This document shows positions 49,256 to 56,606 of a stretch of DNA of 64,000 nucleotides, piece by piece. The translations under genes and the position numbers were made by a program. Source of the DNA: a virus. The stretch spans positions 115,527-179,526 of IMG/VR virus record IMGVR_UViG_3300042561_002100, one strand, 5' to 3'. The notes under the pieces are model-generated. The model was not told where the DNA came from. It searched no databases and worked only from the letters and a program-made list of their open reading frames with translations. Positions within the stretch are counted from its first letter, which is position 1; every line of letters begins with the position of its first letter.

Positions 49256-49854
49256 CAATCACAACAGAACAAGTTAAGAATCTTAGAGTAAAAACCGGAG
49301 CCGGAATGATGCTCTGTAAAGAAGCACTACAATCTTCTTCAGGAGATCAAGAAGGTGCAATACTTTGGCTCAGACAAAAAGGAATCACTCTGGCTGATGG
49401 AAAGATTGGTAGATCTACTACCGAAGGAGCAATCGGAACTTATATTCATACTGGCAGCCGAGTTGGTGTGATGGTTGAGATTCTTTGTGAGACAGATTTT
49501 GTTGCAAAGACACCGGAATTCCAAGAACTGATTCGTAACATTGGAATGCAGATTGCAGCATGTCCTAATGTTCAAGGTATCAGTCTAGATGATATTCCTC
49601 AGAGTTTTATTGATTCTGAAACTGCTCTTGAAATGAGTGAAGCTGATCTTACCAATAAACCAGAATCAATTCGCCAGAAGATCGTAGAAGGTAGAGTTGG
49701 TAAGAAACTCAAAGAAGTTACGCTTATGAGTCAACCTTATGTTAAAGATCCTACCATTACAGTTGAAACCTTAATCAAGAACTTTTCAGCTCAAGTTGGA
49801 GAGAATATTGTTGTTAGACGCTTTGTACGTTTTGTTCTCGGTGAGGATCTATGA
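49252..49854 (+). CDS. tsf: Translation elongation factor Ts (short cyanobacterial type)
   Basis: VKNLRVKTGAGMMLCKEAL; EILCETDFVAK; QIAA; KP..I..KIVEGR; RRFVRF.LGE. Confidence 0.95.
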   Translation: MTITTEQVKNLRVKTGAGMMLCKEALQSSSGDQEGAILWLRQKGITLADGKIGRSTTEGAIGTYIHTGSRVGVMVEILCETDFVAKTPEFQELIRNIGMQIAACPNVQGISLDDIPQSFIDSETALEMSEADLTNKPESIRQKIVEGRVGKKLKEVTLMSQPYVKDPTITVETLIKNFSAQVGENIVVRRFVRFVLGEDL

Positions 49855-49968
49855 GTATTATGGAACATGAACTTTTTGCTATGTGTGAGAAACTCACTAA
49901 TAAATTACATGAATATTGTAATTGTCATCCGACACACGATACTGAATTTTGTTTTCAGTCAATTCTGA

Positions 49969-50013
49969 AACCGTCTACTACCTCTTGACAGGTCAGCAAC
50001 TCTATGTTATTTT
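49969..50013 (+). promoter_or_regulatory. Early promoter with upstream box
   Basis: AACCGTCTAC; TTGACA-17-TATTTT at +39. Confidence 0.8.
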
Positions 50014-50036
50014 ACTAAGGTAGTACACGAACTTCA

Positions 50037-50363
50037 ATGAAACCACTAGAAATTATTGCGACTGTTGTTGTCGCTGGCGCCGCAGTATTTGGTATCAGTT
50101 ATTATGGACTGGTTCACTATGGATTTTTCGCTCCGCGTTTTGAAAATGTACGAAGAAACGTATTTGAGAACACTCAATCCTATAATGACGGAATGATTCA
50201 AGAACTCCAAAAGTATTATCTTGAATATCAAAAATCTGATGCTAATGGAAAAGAGGCAATTAGGCTCGTGATTCAACATCAGTACGCCAATTATCCAATT
50301 GAGAGGCTTCCATCTCATCTTAATTCTTTCGTCTCATCTATTCTGAATCCAACAACTTTTTGA
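50037..50363 (+). CDS. Membrane-anchored conserved phage protein
   Basis: N-terminal TM helix; ENVRRNVFENTQSYNDG. Confidence 0.7.
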   Translation: MKPLEIIATVVVAGAAVFGISYYGLVHYGFFAPRFENVRRNVFENTQSYNDGMIQELQKYYLEYQKSDANGKEAIRLVIQHQYANYPIERLPSHLNSFVSSILNPTTF

Positions 50364-50839
50364 TCATGAAACGTTTTATTATTGGTTTGACCACACTTGC
50401 TATTCTTCCCGTTCTTACTGGTTGTATTGAATCTTCCGATAGGATTCAAAGTGCAGCGCAAGAAAAACTTCTTCTTGAAGGAACAGCGCAAACTGGAATG
50501 CCGGCGATTAAAAATTTCCGAGAGCGAAAATTGCTCAAGATGATTCTTGAACTTCGTGATCAAGAAAATCTTAATACTTACACTTATACCTTTAGTGAAG
50601 TATCAGGAGAGAAAAAGTTTTTCTGTAATTCCGTTGGCTATGGTATTCCTTATTCCACACAATACACTAATCCTGAGCGTTACGCATATAATGGTACAAT
50701 TCTTCCTCAGGCTGATCCTACGGGACTATTTTCTCCATCAAGTGCAGATGCCACATGGGTAATGTGTAAATCACCGGAAGGAAAAATTACTCCAGTTTAT
50801 GTTGAACCCAAGATTATTGTGACAACTTACAAACTTTGA
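50360..50839 (+). CDS. Putative lipoprotein
   Basis: Lipobox LTGC; S.GYGIPYSTQYTNPE...PQADP.GLF. Confidence 0.75.
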   Translation: MIMKRFIIGLTTLAILPVLTGCIESSDRIQSAAQEKLLLEGTAQTGMPAIKNFRERKLLKMILELRDQENLNTYTYTFSEVSGEKKFFCNSVGYGIPYSTQYTNPERYAYNGTILPQADPTGLFSPSSADATWVMCKSPEGKITPVYVEPKIIVTTYKL

Positions 50840-50853
50840 TTCTTATTTAAACA

Positions 50854-51015
50854 ATGGAAAATCTTATGTCTGAAGAAACTGTGACCATTCCTAAAAAAGA
50901 ATACGAACAACTTATTGAAGATCAACGAGTTTTAAACGCACTTGAGTAGGCAGGTGTTAATAATTGGGAGTGGTATGGTGATGCACTAGAAAGTCTATCC
51001 GAAAGCCAATCCTGA
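50854..51015 (+). pseudogene. Small phage protein interrupted by in-frame TAG
   Basis: MENLMSEETVTIPKKEYEQLIEDQRVLNALE*AGVNNWEWYGDALESL; TAG at 50947-50949. Confidence 0.65.
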
Positions 51016-51060
51016 AACCGTCCACAGTCTCTTGACAAACTAGCTCTTCCATGCTAGATT
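51016..51060 (+). promoter_or_regulatory. Early promoter of the DUF2828/RNA-motif operon
   Basis: AACCGTCCAC; TTGACA-17-TAGATT at +39, extended TG. Confidence 0.85.
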
Positions 51061-51071
51061 GAACAAGTTCA

Positions 51072-51134
51072 AAGATGAGACAGCAATTCCCCTTCGCTCT
51101 TTCCTTTTAAGAAAACAAAGCCAAAACTCATCTT
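51072..51134 (+). ncRNA. CAGCA stem motif, copy A (operon leader)
   Basis: AAGATGAG-A-CAGCAATT...AAAA-CTCATCTT; 8-bp closing stem. Confidence 0.75.
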
Positions 51135-51155
51135 GTCTAATCATCCAAACTAATT

Positions 51156-51365
51156 ATGAATTCAACTCAATCACTAGAACCACATCAACAACGAATGATT
51201 GATGAGCATTCCGAACTTTCTCAACGTCTTTCTGATCTTCGCCACTTTTTTGATAATCCTTATTTTAAGGATCTACCTGAAGCCGAACGAGTGCGCATGA
51301 AAGCTCAAGAGCTTTTTATGACTGGTTACGAAGACATCTTGAGCCAAAGAATCGCCGCTATCTGA
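51156..51365 (+). CDS. Small conserved phage helical protein
   Basis: PHQQRMIDEH.EL..RL..L..F...L...Q...M..Y..IL.QRI. Confidence 0.75.
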   Translation: MNSTQSLEPHQQRMIDEHSELSQRLSDLRHFFDNPYFKDLPEAERVRMKAQELFMTGYEDILSQRIAAI

Positions 51366-51400
51366 ATTAAGTTAATTCCGCACCAATAACATACATTAAC

Positions 51401-52876
51401 TTGGAGAATACCATGACTTTTATGAACGCTCTTTCTACCGAAATGAATAATACGACCACCGCAAATGGTGCAAAGGCATACGAATCAACTCAAAACGAAT
51501 GTCTTGATCTCTACGGTTCCATCGGTGCTTGTCGTAATAATCTCACTCTAGCCGAGCGTCTATTCTTTGCGGCATACGAACAACATCCAGAAACGGCAGT
51601 ACGAATTCTGTTCTATTCTCGTGATATTCGCGGAGCAAGTCAAGGTGAACGCTCAGTTTTCCGGGCTCTTATGCCTAAACTCGCTCATAAGAATCCAAGA
51701 ATCGCAGCACGTCTGGTGTCTTTGATTCCTTATTATGGTCGCTGGGATGATCTTCTGTGTCTAGAGAATACTCCAGTTTGGAATGAAGTCTTGAAGACCA
51801 TTGAAACTCAACTAAAGACAGACATGAGTAGTGATAAGACTTCGCTGCTAGCCAAATGGCTTCCTTCTATCAATGCATCGTCTAAAGATAGTAAGCGTCT
51901 AGGTAGACTGATCGCAGCTCATATGGGTTGGTCTGAACGTCAATATCGCAAGAATCTTTCTGCACTTCGGGCTAAGATCAAGATTGTTGAAACTCCGATG
52001 TGTGTAAAAGAATGGAGTGTTATTGATTATGAGCATCTTCCTTCTCGTGCAGCCTTCATGTATCGCAAGGCATTTAAGAAACATGATGAGACTCGTTATT
52101 CCAATTATCTTTCAAGAGTAGAGAAAGGTGAAGCCAAGATCAATGCGGGAACATTATATCCTTATGATATTGTTAATAAGTATCTTTATCAAGGTGCTCA
52201 TAATGATAAGACTCTTGAGCTTCAATGGAATGCCTTGCCTAATTACATGGAAGATCTAGAATTTAATGGTCTTGTTGTTGCCGATGTTTCTGATTCTATG
52301 AAGAGATATGGTGGTATGCCGTTGGCAGTTTCCATCTCACTCGCAATGTATATTTCTGAGCGTAATCCATCTGAGATCTGGAAGAATAAGTTTCTGACTT
52401 TCTCTGAAGCACCAAAACTTCAAACTATTCTAGGCAACAACATTGAAGAAAAAATTAGGCATCTGAAACTAGCCGATTGGGGTTGGAATACCGATCTGAT
52501 TGCCGTTTTTGATACCATTCTGAAAGCAGCAACTGAAAATAAAGTCGCAGCTAAAGACATGCCACAAAAACTGATTATTGTTTCCGATATGCAATTTGAT
52601 GTGGCATGTAGATCCAATAAGCGTACTAACTTTGAGCAGATTCAAAAGATGTATCGGAAGTCTGGTTATGAGATGCCTCAGCTTATTTTCTGGAATGTAA
52701 ACGCAAGTGCTAATGTTCCGATTCAAGCTGATGACACTGGAACCGCATTAGTTTCTGGTTGTAGTCCTGCTATTCTGAAGTCTGTTCTGAGTGGTAAAAT
52801 CGTATCTCCTGTGGATGTTATGATGGATAGCCTTTATGTAGAGCGTTATGCTCCGATTGGTGAAGTTTTTGCCTGA
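51401..52876 (+). CDS. DUF2828-family protein with C-terminal vWA domain (putatively Ro60/TROVE-like)
   Basis: T.NGA.AY.ST...LDL; RDIRG..GER; YGRWDDL; AKWLPS; LYPYDIV; MIDAS-like DVSDSM; IIVSDMQFD; FWNV. Confidence 0.85.
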   Translation: MENTMTFMNALSTEMNNTTTANGAKAYESTQNECLDLYGSIGACRNNLTLAERLFFAAYEQHPETAVRILFYSRDIRGASQGERSVFRALMPKLAHKNPRIAARLVSLIPYYGRWDDLLCLENTPVWNEVLKTIETQLKTDMSSDKTSLLAKWLPSINASSKDSKRLGRLIAAHMGWSERQYRKNLSALRAKIKIVETPMCVKEWSVIDYEHLPSRAAFMYRKAFKKHDETRYSNYLSRVEKGEAKINAGTLYPYDIVNKYLYQGAHNDKTLELQWNALPNYMEDLEFNGLVVADVSDSMKRYGGMPLAVSISLAMYISERNPSEIWKNKFLTFSEAPKLQTILGNNIEEKIRHLKLADWGWNTDLIAVFDTILKAATENKVAAKDMPQKLIIVSDMQFDVACRSNKRTNFEQIQKMYRKSGYEMPQLIFWNVNASANVPIQADDTGTALVSGCSPAILKSVLSGKIVSPVDVMMDSLYVERYAPIGEVFA

Positions 52877-52889
52877 TTGATAAATTTTT

Positions 52890-52939
52890 AAGATGGTTCA
52901 GCAATTCTCCTATGTTTTGGGTACATAAAAGACCATCTT
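52890..52939 (+). ncRNA. CAGCA stem motif, copy B
   Basis: AAGATGGT-T-CAGCAATT-[TATGT/ACATA hairpin]-AAAG-ACCATCTT. Confidence 0.75.
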
Positions 52940-52946
52940 GTTTAAC

Positions 52947-53062
52947 GGGCGGGTAGCTCAGCTGGTAGAGCAGTAGAACACTTAAAACAAATCTAGTCTA
53001 GATTTTAACAGCATTATAAATACAAAATCTCCGGGTCCTAGGTTCAAGTCCTAGTCCGCCCA
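52947..53062 (+). ncRNA. tRNA-like RNA 1 with 50-nt anticodon loop carrying motif copy C
   Basis: Acceptor GGGCGGG/TCCGCCC; D arm GCTC-AGCTGGTA-GAGC; T arm CTAGG-TTCAAGT-CCTAG; no assignable anticodon. Confidence 0.8.
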
Positions 53063-53063
53063 T

Positions 53064-53110
53064 TAGATGATTCAGCAATTCTTTCTTCGCTAGGAACACA
53101 AAATCATCTA
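53064..53110 (+). ncRNA. CAGCA stem motif, copy D
   Basis: TAGATGATT-CAGCAATT-[hairpin]-ACAA-AATCATCTA, right after the tRNA-like 3' end. Confidence 0.8.
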
Positions 53111-53137
53111 GCTAAACAACTCTTTCAACTCTCAAAA

Positions 53138-53374
53138 ATGTTCAATTTCATTTCCAACATCTTATTCCCATTTCTTGTTTCTGTTGCTATTGGTTGTTAT
53201 ATAGGATCAAGTTATATGAGGGATATGACTGTTATCTACTGTAATGAAAATCCTACAATTTGCCAACAAGAATACAAAATCACAAAATCTAAGTATCCAA
53301 ATGTTAATTTTACTGTAGAAGCTCCCACCATCGGTCAAGAAAAACCCAAAGTGAACATTATTGATACTAAATAA
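53138..53374 (+). CDS. Small membrane protein
   Basis: N-terminal TM helix; YC.ENPT.C motif. Confidence 0.6.
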   Translation: MFNFISNILFPFLVSVAIGCYIGSSYMRDMTVIYCNENPTICQQEYKITKSKYPNVNFTVEAPTIGQEKPKVNIIDTK

Positions 53375-53379
53375 CCATC

Positions 53380-53453
53380 AGCGGGCGAGTGTAACGGTAG
53401 TCACGTCGGGCTCATAACCCGGAGGAATATGGGTTCAATTCCCAGGTCCGCCA
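53380..53453 (+). tRNA. tRNA-fMet(CAT), initiator type
   Basis: TCGGG-CT CAT AA-CCCGG with three G-C pairs; 1:72 mismatch; TTCAATT T loop; CTAAATA at 53367. Confidence 0.85.
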
Positions 53454-53454
53454 T

Positions 53455-53510
53455 TAGATGATTCAGCAATTTCAAAACTTTCTTATTGGTTTAGAAAACA
53501 AAATCATCTA
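53455..53510 (+). ncRNA. CAGCA stem motif, copy E
   Basis: TAGATGATT-CAGCAATT-[TTTCT/AGAAA]-ACAA-AATCATCTA. Confidence 0.8.
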
Positions 53511-53517
53511 GTTCATT

Positions 53518-53616
53518 AGAAGAGTAGCCCAATTGGTTGAGGCGAGCGTAGAAACAAAAATCATCTTTTTGAGATGATTCAGCATTATCTTTCACCGAAG
53601 GACGCTTTGATGTTGG
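53518..53616 (+). ncRNA. tRNA-like RNA 2, 5' part (52-nt anticodon loop with motif copy F), split by IS
   Basis: TA-GCC..TGGTT..GGC D arm; AGCGT/ACGCT anticodon stem; GTTGG T-stem 5' strand just before the IS. Confidence 0.7.
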
Positions 53617-54896
53617 ATGAACTACTGCGAAGCTAAAGACTACGCGGTTTCCTGCTTCACAGAAGTTGCCTCTAGTTCCTTATGAACCTTTGGTCTTACA
53701 CTATCTCCACAGGCAGACACGGTAGTTCCTACCGCCAAAATGTTTTTCGCCGCATTAATGTCTCTATCATGATGACTACCACAATCAGGACAAGTCCATT
53801 CTCGGACATTTAACGGCATTTTAGTTTGAATAGAACCACAAGAGGAACAAGTTTTACTAGAAGGATACCATTGGTTAATAATAATTAACTCACGCCCATA
53901 CCAGTTGCATTTGTACTTCAAATAACTGCGAAACTGATACCAACCTTGTTCGCTAATTGCTCTGGATAACTTGCGGTTCTTAACCATATTTTTGATTTTT
54001 AAGTCCTCAAGAACGATAACTTGGTTTTCGTTAACGAGTTGTCTTGAGACTTGATGATGAAAGTTTAGTCTAATGAACTTAATTTTTTCATACTGTCTTG
54101 CGACTTTTAATCTTGCTTTGTTTCTGTTTTTAGAACCTTTTTGTTTTTTATAAAGTTTCTTTTGAAGTTTCTTTAATTTTTGATACTCTTTCTTTAAATC
54201 TGGAGACTTGATTTTATCTCCACTGGAGGTTGTAGCAAAAGTAGTAATACCCAAGTCAATACCAATTTGGTTGTTTACTTTAGGTAATGGTTCAATAGAA
54301 ACCTCAAGATTAAAAGAAACAAACCACTTTCCAGAAGGTTCAAGTATAATATAAATATACTTGATTTCTTGATTTTGTGGTAGTTGTCTATGAAACCTGA
54401 TGTTTAATGGTTGTTTGTTTTTAGCAATAAAGAACTTTCCGTCTTTAATGGAAAAAGCGCAAGTGTCAAGACCAATAGAATTGGTTCCAGACTTTTTCTT
54501 GAAGTTTGGAAAACCACAATTTCCTTTAAAGAACTTTTTATAAGTTCCGTCAAGTTCGTAAATAGAATACCTTAAAGGTATAATAGATACTTCACTCAAC
54601 CAAGAGTATTCAGGTTCTTTTTTAAGTTGCGTAAGTATTTTTGCTGTGTCGTAGTAAGACAAAGACTTATTTTCTTGTTTCCAAGATTTTTGTCTCAAAT
54701 CAAGAAAATAATTCCAGACCAATCTAGAACACCCAAGTGTCTTACGAAGCAAAATTTCTTGTTCTTTATTTGGATATAGTCTAAATCTAAATCCTTGACG
54801 CACTTGGGTTAAATGCATTATACTTACACAACTATTTATTAAAGTTTAATTCTTGACCCCGATGCTAAAGACATCGGGGATTGCGGATTAATTTAG
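53617..54896 (-). mobile_element. IS200/IS605-family element, tnpB only (IS1341-like)
   Basis: Subterminal hairpins sharing loop CTAAAGA at 53627-53646 and 54857-54879; no tnpA; ends uncertain by 1-2 nt. Confidence 0.85.
53640..54818 (-). CDS. tnpB: TnpB RNA-guided nuclease
   Basis: HTH FRLYPNKEQ..GCSR.VWN; RuvC IGIDLG / LEDL / DRDINAAKNI; zinc finger CSSC..CPDC. Confidence 0.95.
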   Translation of the reverse strand: MHLTQVRQGFRFRLYPNKEQEILLRKTLGCSRLVWNYFLDLRQKSWKQENKSLSYYDTAKILTQLKKEPEYSWLSEVSIIPLRYSIYELDGTYKKFFKGNCGFPNFKKKSGTNSIGLDTCAFSIKDGKFFIAKNKQPLNIRFHRQLPQNQEIKYIYIILEPSGKWFVSFNLEVSIEPLPKVNNQIGIDLGITTFATTSSGDKIKSPDLKKEYQKLKKLQKKLYKKQKGSKNRNKARLKVARQYEKIKFIRLNFHHQVSRQLVNENQVIVLEDLKIKNMVKNRKLSRAISEQGWYQFRSYLKYKCNWYGRELIIINQWYPSSKTCSSCGSIQTKMPLNVREWTCPDCGSHHDRDINAAKNILAVGTTVSACGDSVRPKVHKELEATSVKQETA

Positions 54897-54916
54897 TTCA
54901 TGTCCATCCTACTCTG
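54897..54916 (+). ncRNA. tRNA-like RNA 2, 3' part
   Basis: TTCATGT-CCATC-CTACTCT-G supplies T loop, T-stem 3' strand and acceptor 3' strand when the IS is removed. Confidence 0.55.
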
Positions 54917-54943
54917 TTGGTAATCAATTTCAATTATAATATT

Positions 54944-55111
54944 ATGTTAAAAATTACAAGCGGCATCACAAAACATCTCTGCGGCTCTTCACCATATTAT
55001 CACATTGAAGATAAAGACTTATCATCAGAACACTGGACTACCTTCAATCATGAGGGGTTAAAAGAACAACACAAAGAAGCCATTTGCCTTTTTGTGACCA
55101 ATTGCACTTAA
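54944..55111 (+). CDS. Hypothetical protein
   Basis: ATG 54944; the track start lies inside the IS end. Confidence 0.45.
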   Translation: MLKITSGITKHLCGSSPYYHIEDKDLSSEHWTTFNHEGLKEQHKEAICLFVTNCT

Positions 55112-55242
55112 AAAATGGGAATAATGAAATACTTTTTGGGTACTGTGGTTCATAAGAGACTTATTCTCCCACCACAATAATTAAGACTGTCTAAATAATA
55201 TCCAACAGACTTTAACACCACAAAAACGATCACTTAGTCTGT

Positions 55243-55974
55243 GTGATCTCAAGGAAACAAATGATGTACTCAAATCAATTTGCCGCAGCAATCAAGGTAA
55301 ACAATAAAATTCTCCGGGAGTTTGGAGACACTGTTTATCTTCCCTTCGGTTCCGAATATCAAATTCGTCTTAAAAATCTCAATACAACAAGAGCCAAAGT
55401 AACAGTTGAAATTGACGGTCAGAATGTTACTGATGGTGGTCTTGTTATTGACTCATTTCAAACTGTTGATCTAGAACGATTCATTCGTAATGGTAATCTA
55501 TCAGAAGGAAATCGGTTTAAATTCATTGAACGAACTTCTAAAATTGAAGATCATCGCGGAATTAAACTAGAAGATGGATTGATTACAATTCGTTATGAGT
55601 ATGAGATTTTCTCATATAATGTTAATTATTCAGCCGATATAGTACAAAAGAATAATTTGATTAATTGTTCTTATCGTAGTATGAACATTAACTCAGGACC
55701 AACAGCTAAGTTAACCTCTCACTCTGAAACTGGAATTACCGTAGAAGGTTCCAAAAGCAATCAAAAGTTCAATACTACTTCTTGGAGAGGATCAATTGGC
55801 GGCTCTCATGTGATGGTTATTAAACTTCTTGGTGAAACAGAAGAGAACAAAAAAGTAAGAGAACCCGTTACCGTCAAGACTAAACTAGAGTGTAAAACTT
55901 GCGGAACAACTAATCCTGTAACCTCAAAGTTCTGTTCTGAGTGTGGAACCTCTTTAGAGATTGTAGGTGGTTAA
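55243..55974 (+). CDS. Conserved phage protein with C-terminal zinc ribbon
   Basis: V.LPFGSEY.IRLKN...V.IDG.NV...DLERF; CKTC..CSEC; probable start 55261. Confidence 0.75.
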   Translation: MISRKQMMYSNQFAAAIKVNNKILREFGDTVYLPFGSEYQIRLKNLNTTRAKVTVEIDGQNVTDGGLVIDSFQTVDLERFIRNGNLSEGNRFKFIERTSKIEDHRGIKLEDGLITIRYEYEIFSYNVNYSADIVQKNNLINCSYRSMNINSGPTAKLTSHSETGITVEGSKSNQKFNTTSWRGSIGGSHVMVIKLLGETEENKKVREPVTVKTKLECKTCGTTNPVTSKFCSECGTSLEIVGG

Positions 55975-56039
55975 GAAACCGGCACCAAGAACGATTTCTG
56001 GGTGCTCTATACTATTTTATTCAATGAAGAACTTTAATC

Positions 56040-56552
56040 ATGAATCAACAGCGTCAAGATTTTTACCACAAGCTCAACGAAAGTCTTGAAGAAAATAAAA
56101 AATATTTTCTTGACATTTTAACTAGAACCGATAATTCTGCTAAACTACTTCAATGGATTATTGATGATAATATCAATCCCTATGCAGTGTTTCCAGAATA
56201 CCTCGCGGGTTCTTATTGTGGTTTTGAAGCTTTTATCAGTCTTTACACATCTCTCACTTATTTTGAGAAACATGCAGAAGTCACTTATCTTAATATCAAA
56301 GGAAAGAATTCCAATGGGCGTGAATTTGAACTTGGACCTAAAGTCATTCTACGACATCCAACAGATTCAGATTTTAAAGAAGGTGTTATGCGTGATCTAA
56401 ATTTAAAAGAAGTAGATTCTTTTGATGGTGAAGTATTCGTTTATGAGTTTGAGGTTCTTAAGAGTTTGGATGAATTCATTGAAACTTATAACCGAGTAGA
56501 AAAAGAACATCTAAATCTCCATGAAGAGATGGATCGTATTAGAACAAACTGA
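56040..56552 (+). CDS. Hypothetical protein
   Basis: 170-aa ORF after a promoter-like element at 55977-56013. Confidence 0.65.
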   Translation: MNQQRQDFYHKLNESLEENKKYFLDILTRTDNSAKLLQWIIDDNINPYAVFPEYLAGSYCGFEAFISLYTSLTYFEKHAEVTYLNIKGKNSNGREFELGPKVILRHPTDSDFKEGVMRDLNLKEVDSFDGEVFVYEFEVLKSLDEFIETYNRVEKEHLNLHEEMDRIRTN

Positions 56553-56606
56553 TTATGAAAGAGTCAAAGCCGAACTAATCCTTATTGAAAGTAAATTAAA
56601 ACTATC

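Noticed and set aside
50947-50949. Genome-wide TAG reassignment (genetic code 15)
   Set aside because: gp26 (16888-16890) and gp53 (12325-12327) end at TAG at their expected C-termini, and no suppressor tRNA(CTA) is seen.
52978-53027. Group I intron in a tRNA anticodon loop
   Set aside because: The 50-52-nt inserts are far too short for a group I core and lack P7/G-binding elements and a terminal G.
53064-53110. Known self-cleaving ribozyme (HDV/theta, hammerhead)
   Set aside because: There is no nested double pseudoknot and no CUGAUGA/GAAA core; the motif is a single closing stem with an internal loop. Self-cleavage should still be tested.
53617-54896. IStron (group I intron-IS hybrid) that would splice out of the tRNA-like RNA
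   Set aside because: tnpB is antisense to the host RNA, and the element is fully accounted for by tnpB plus short ends, leaving no room for an intron core.
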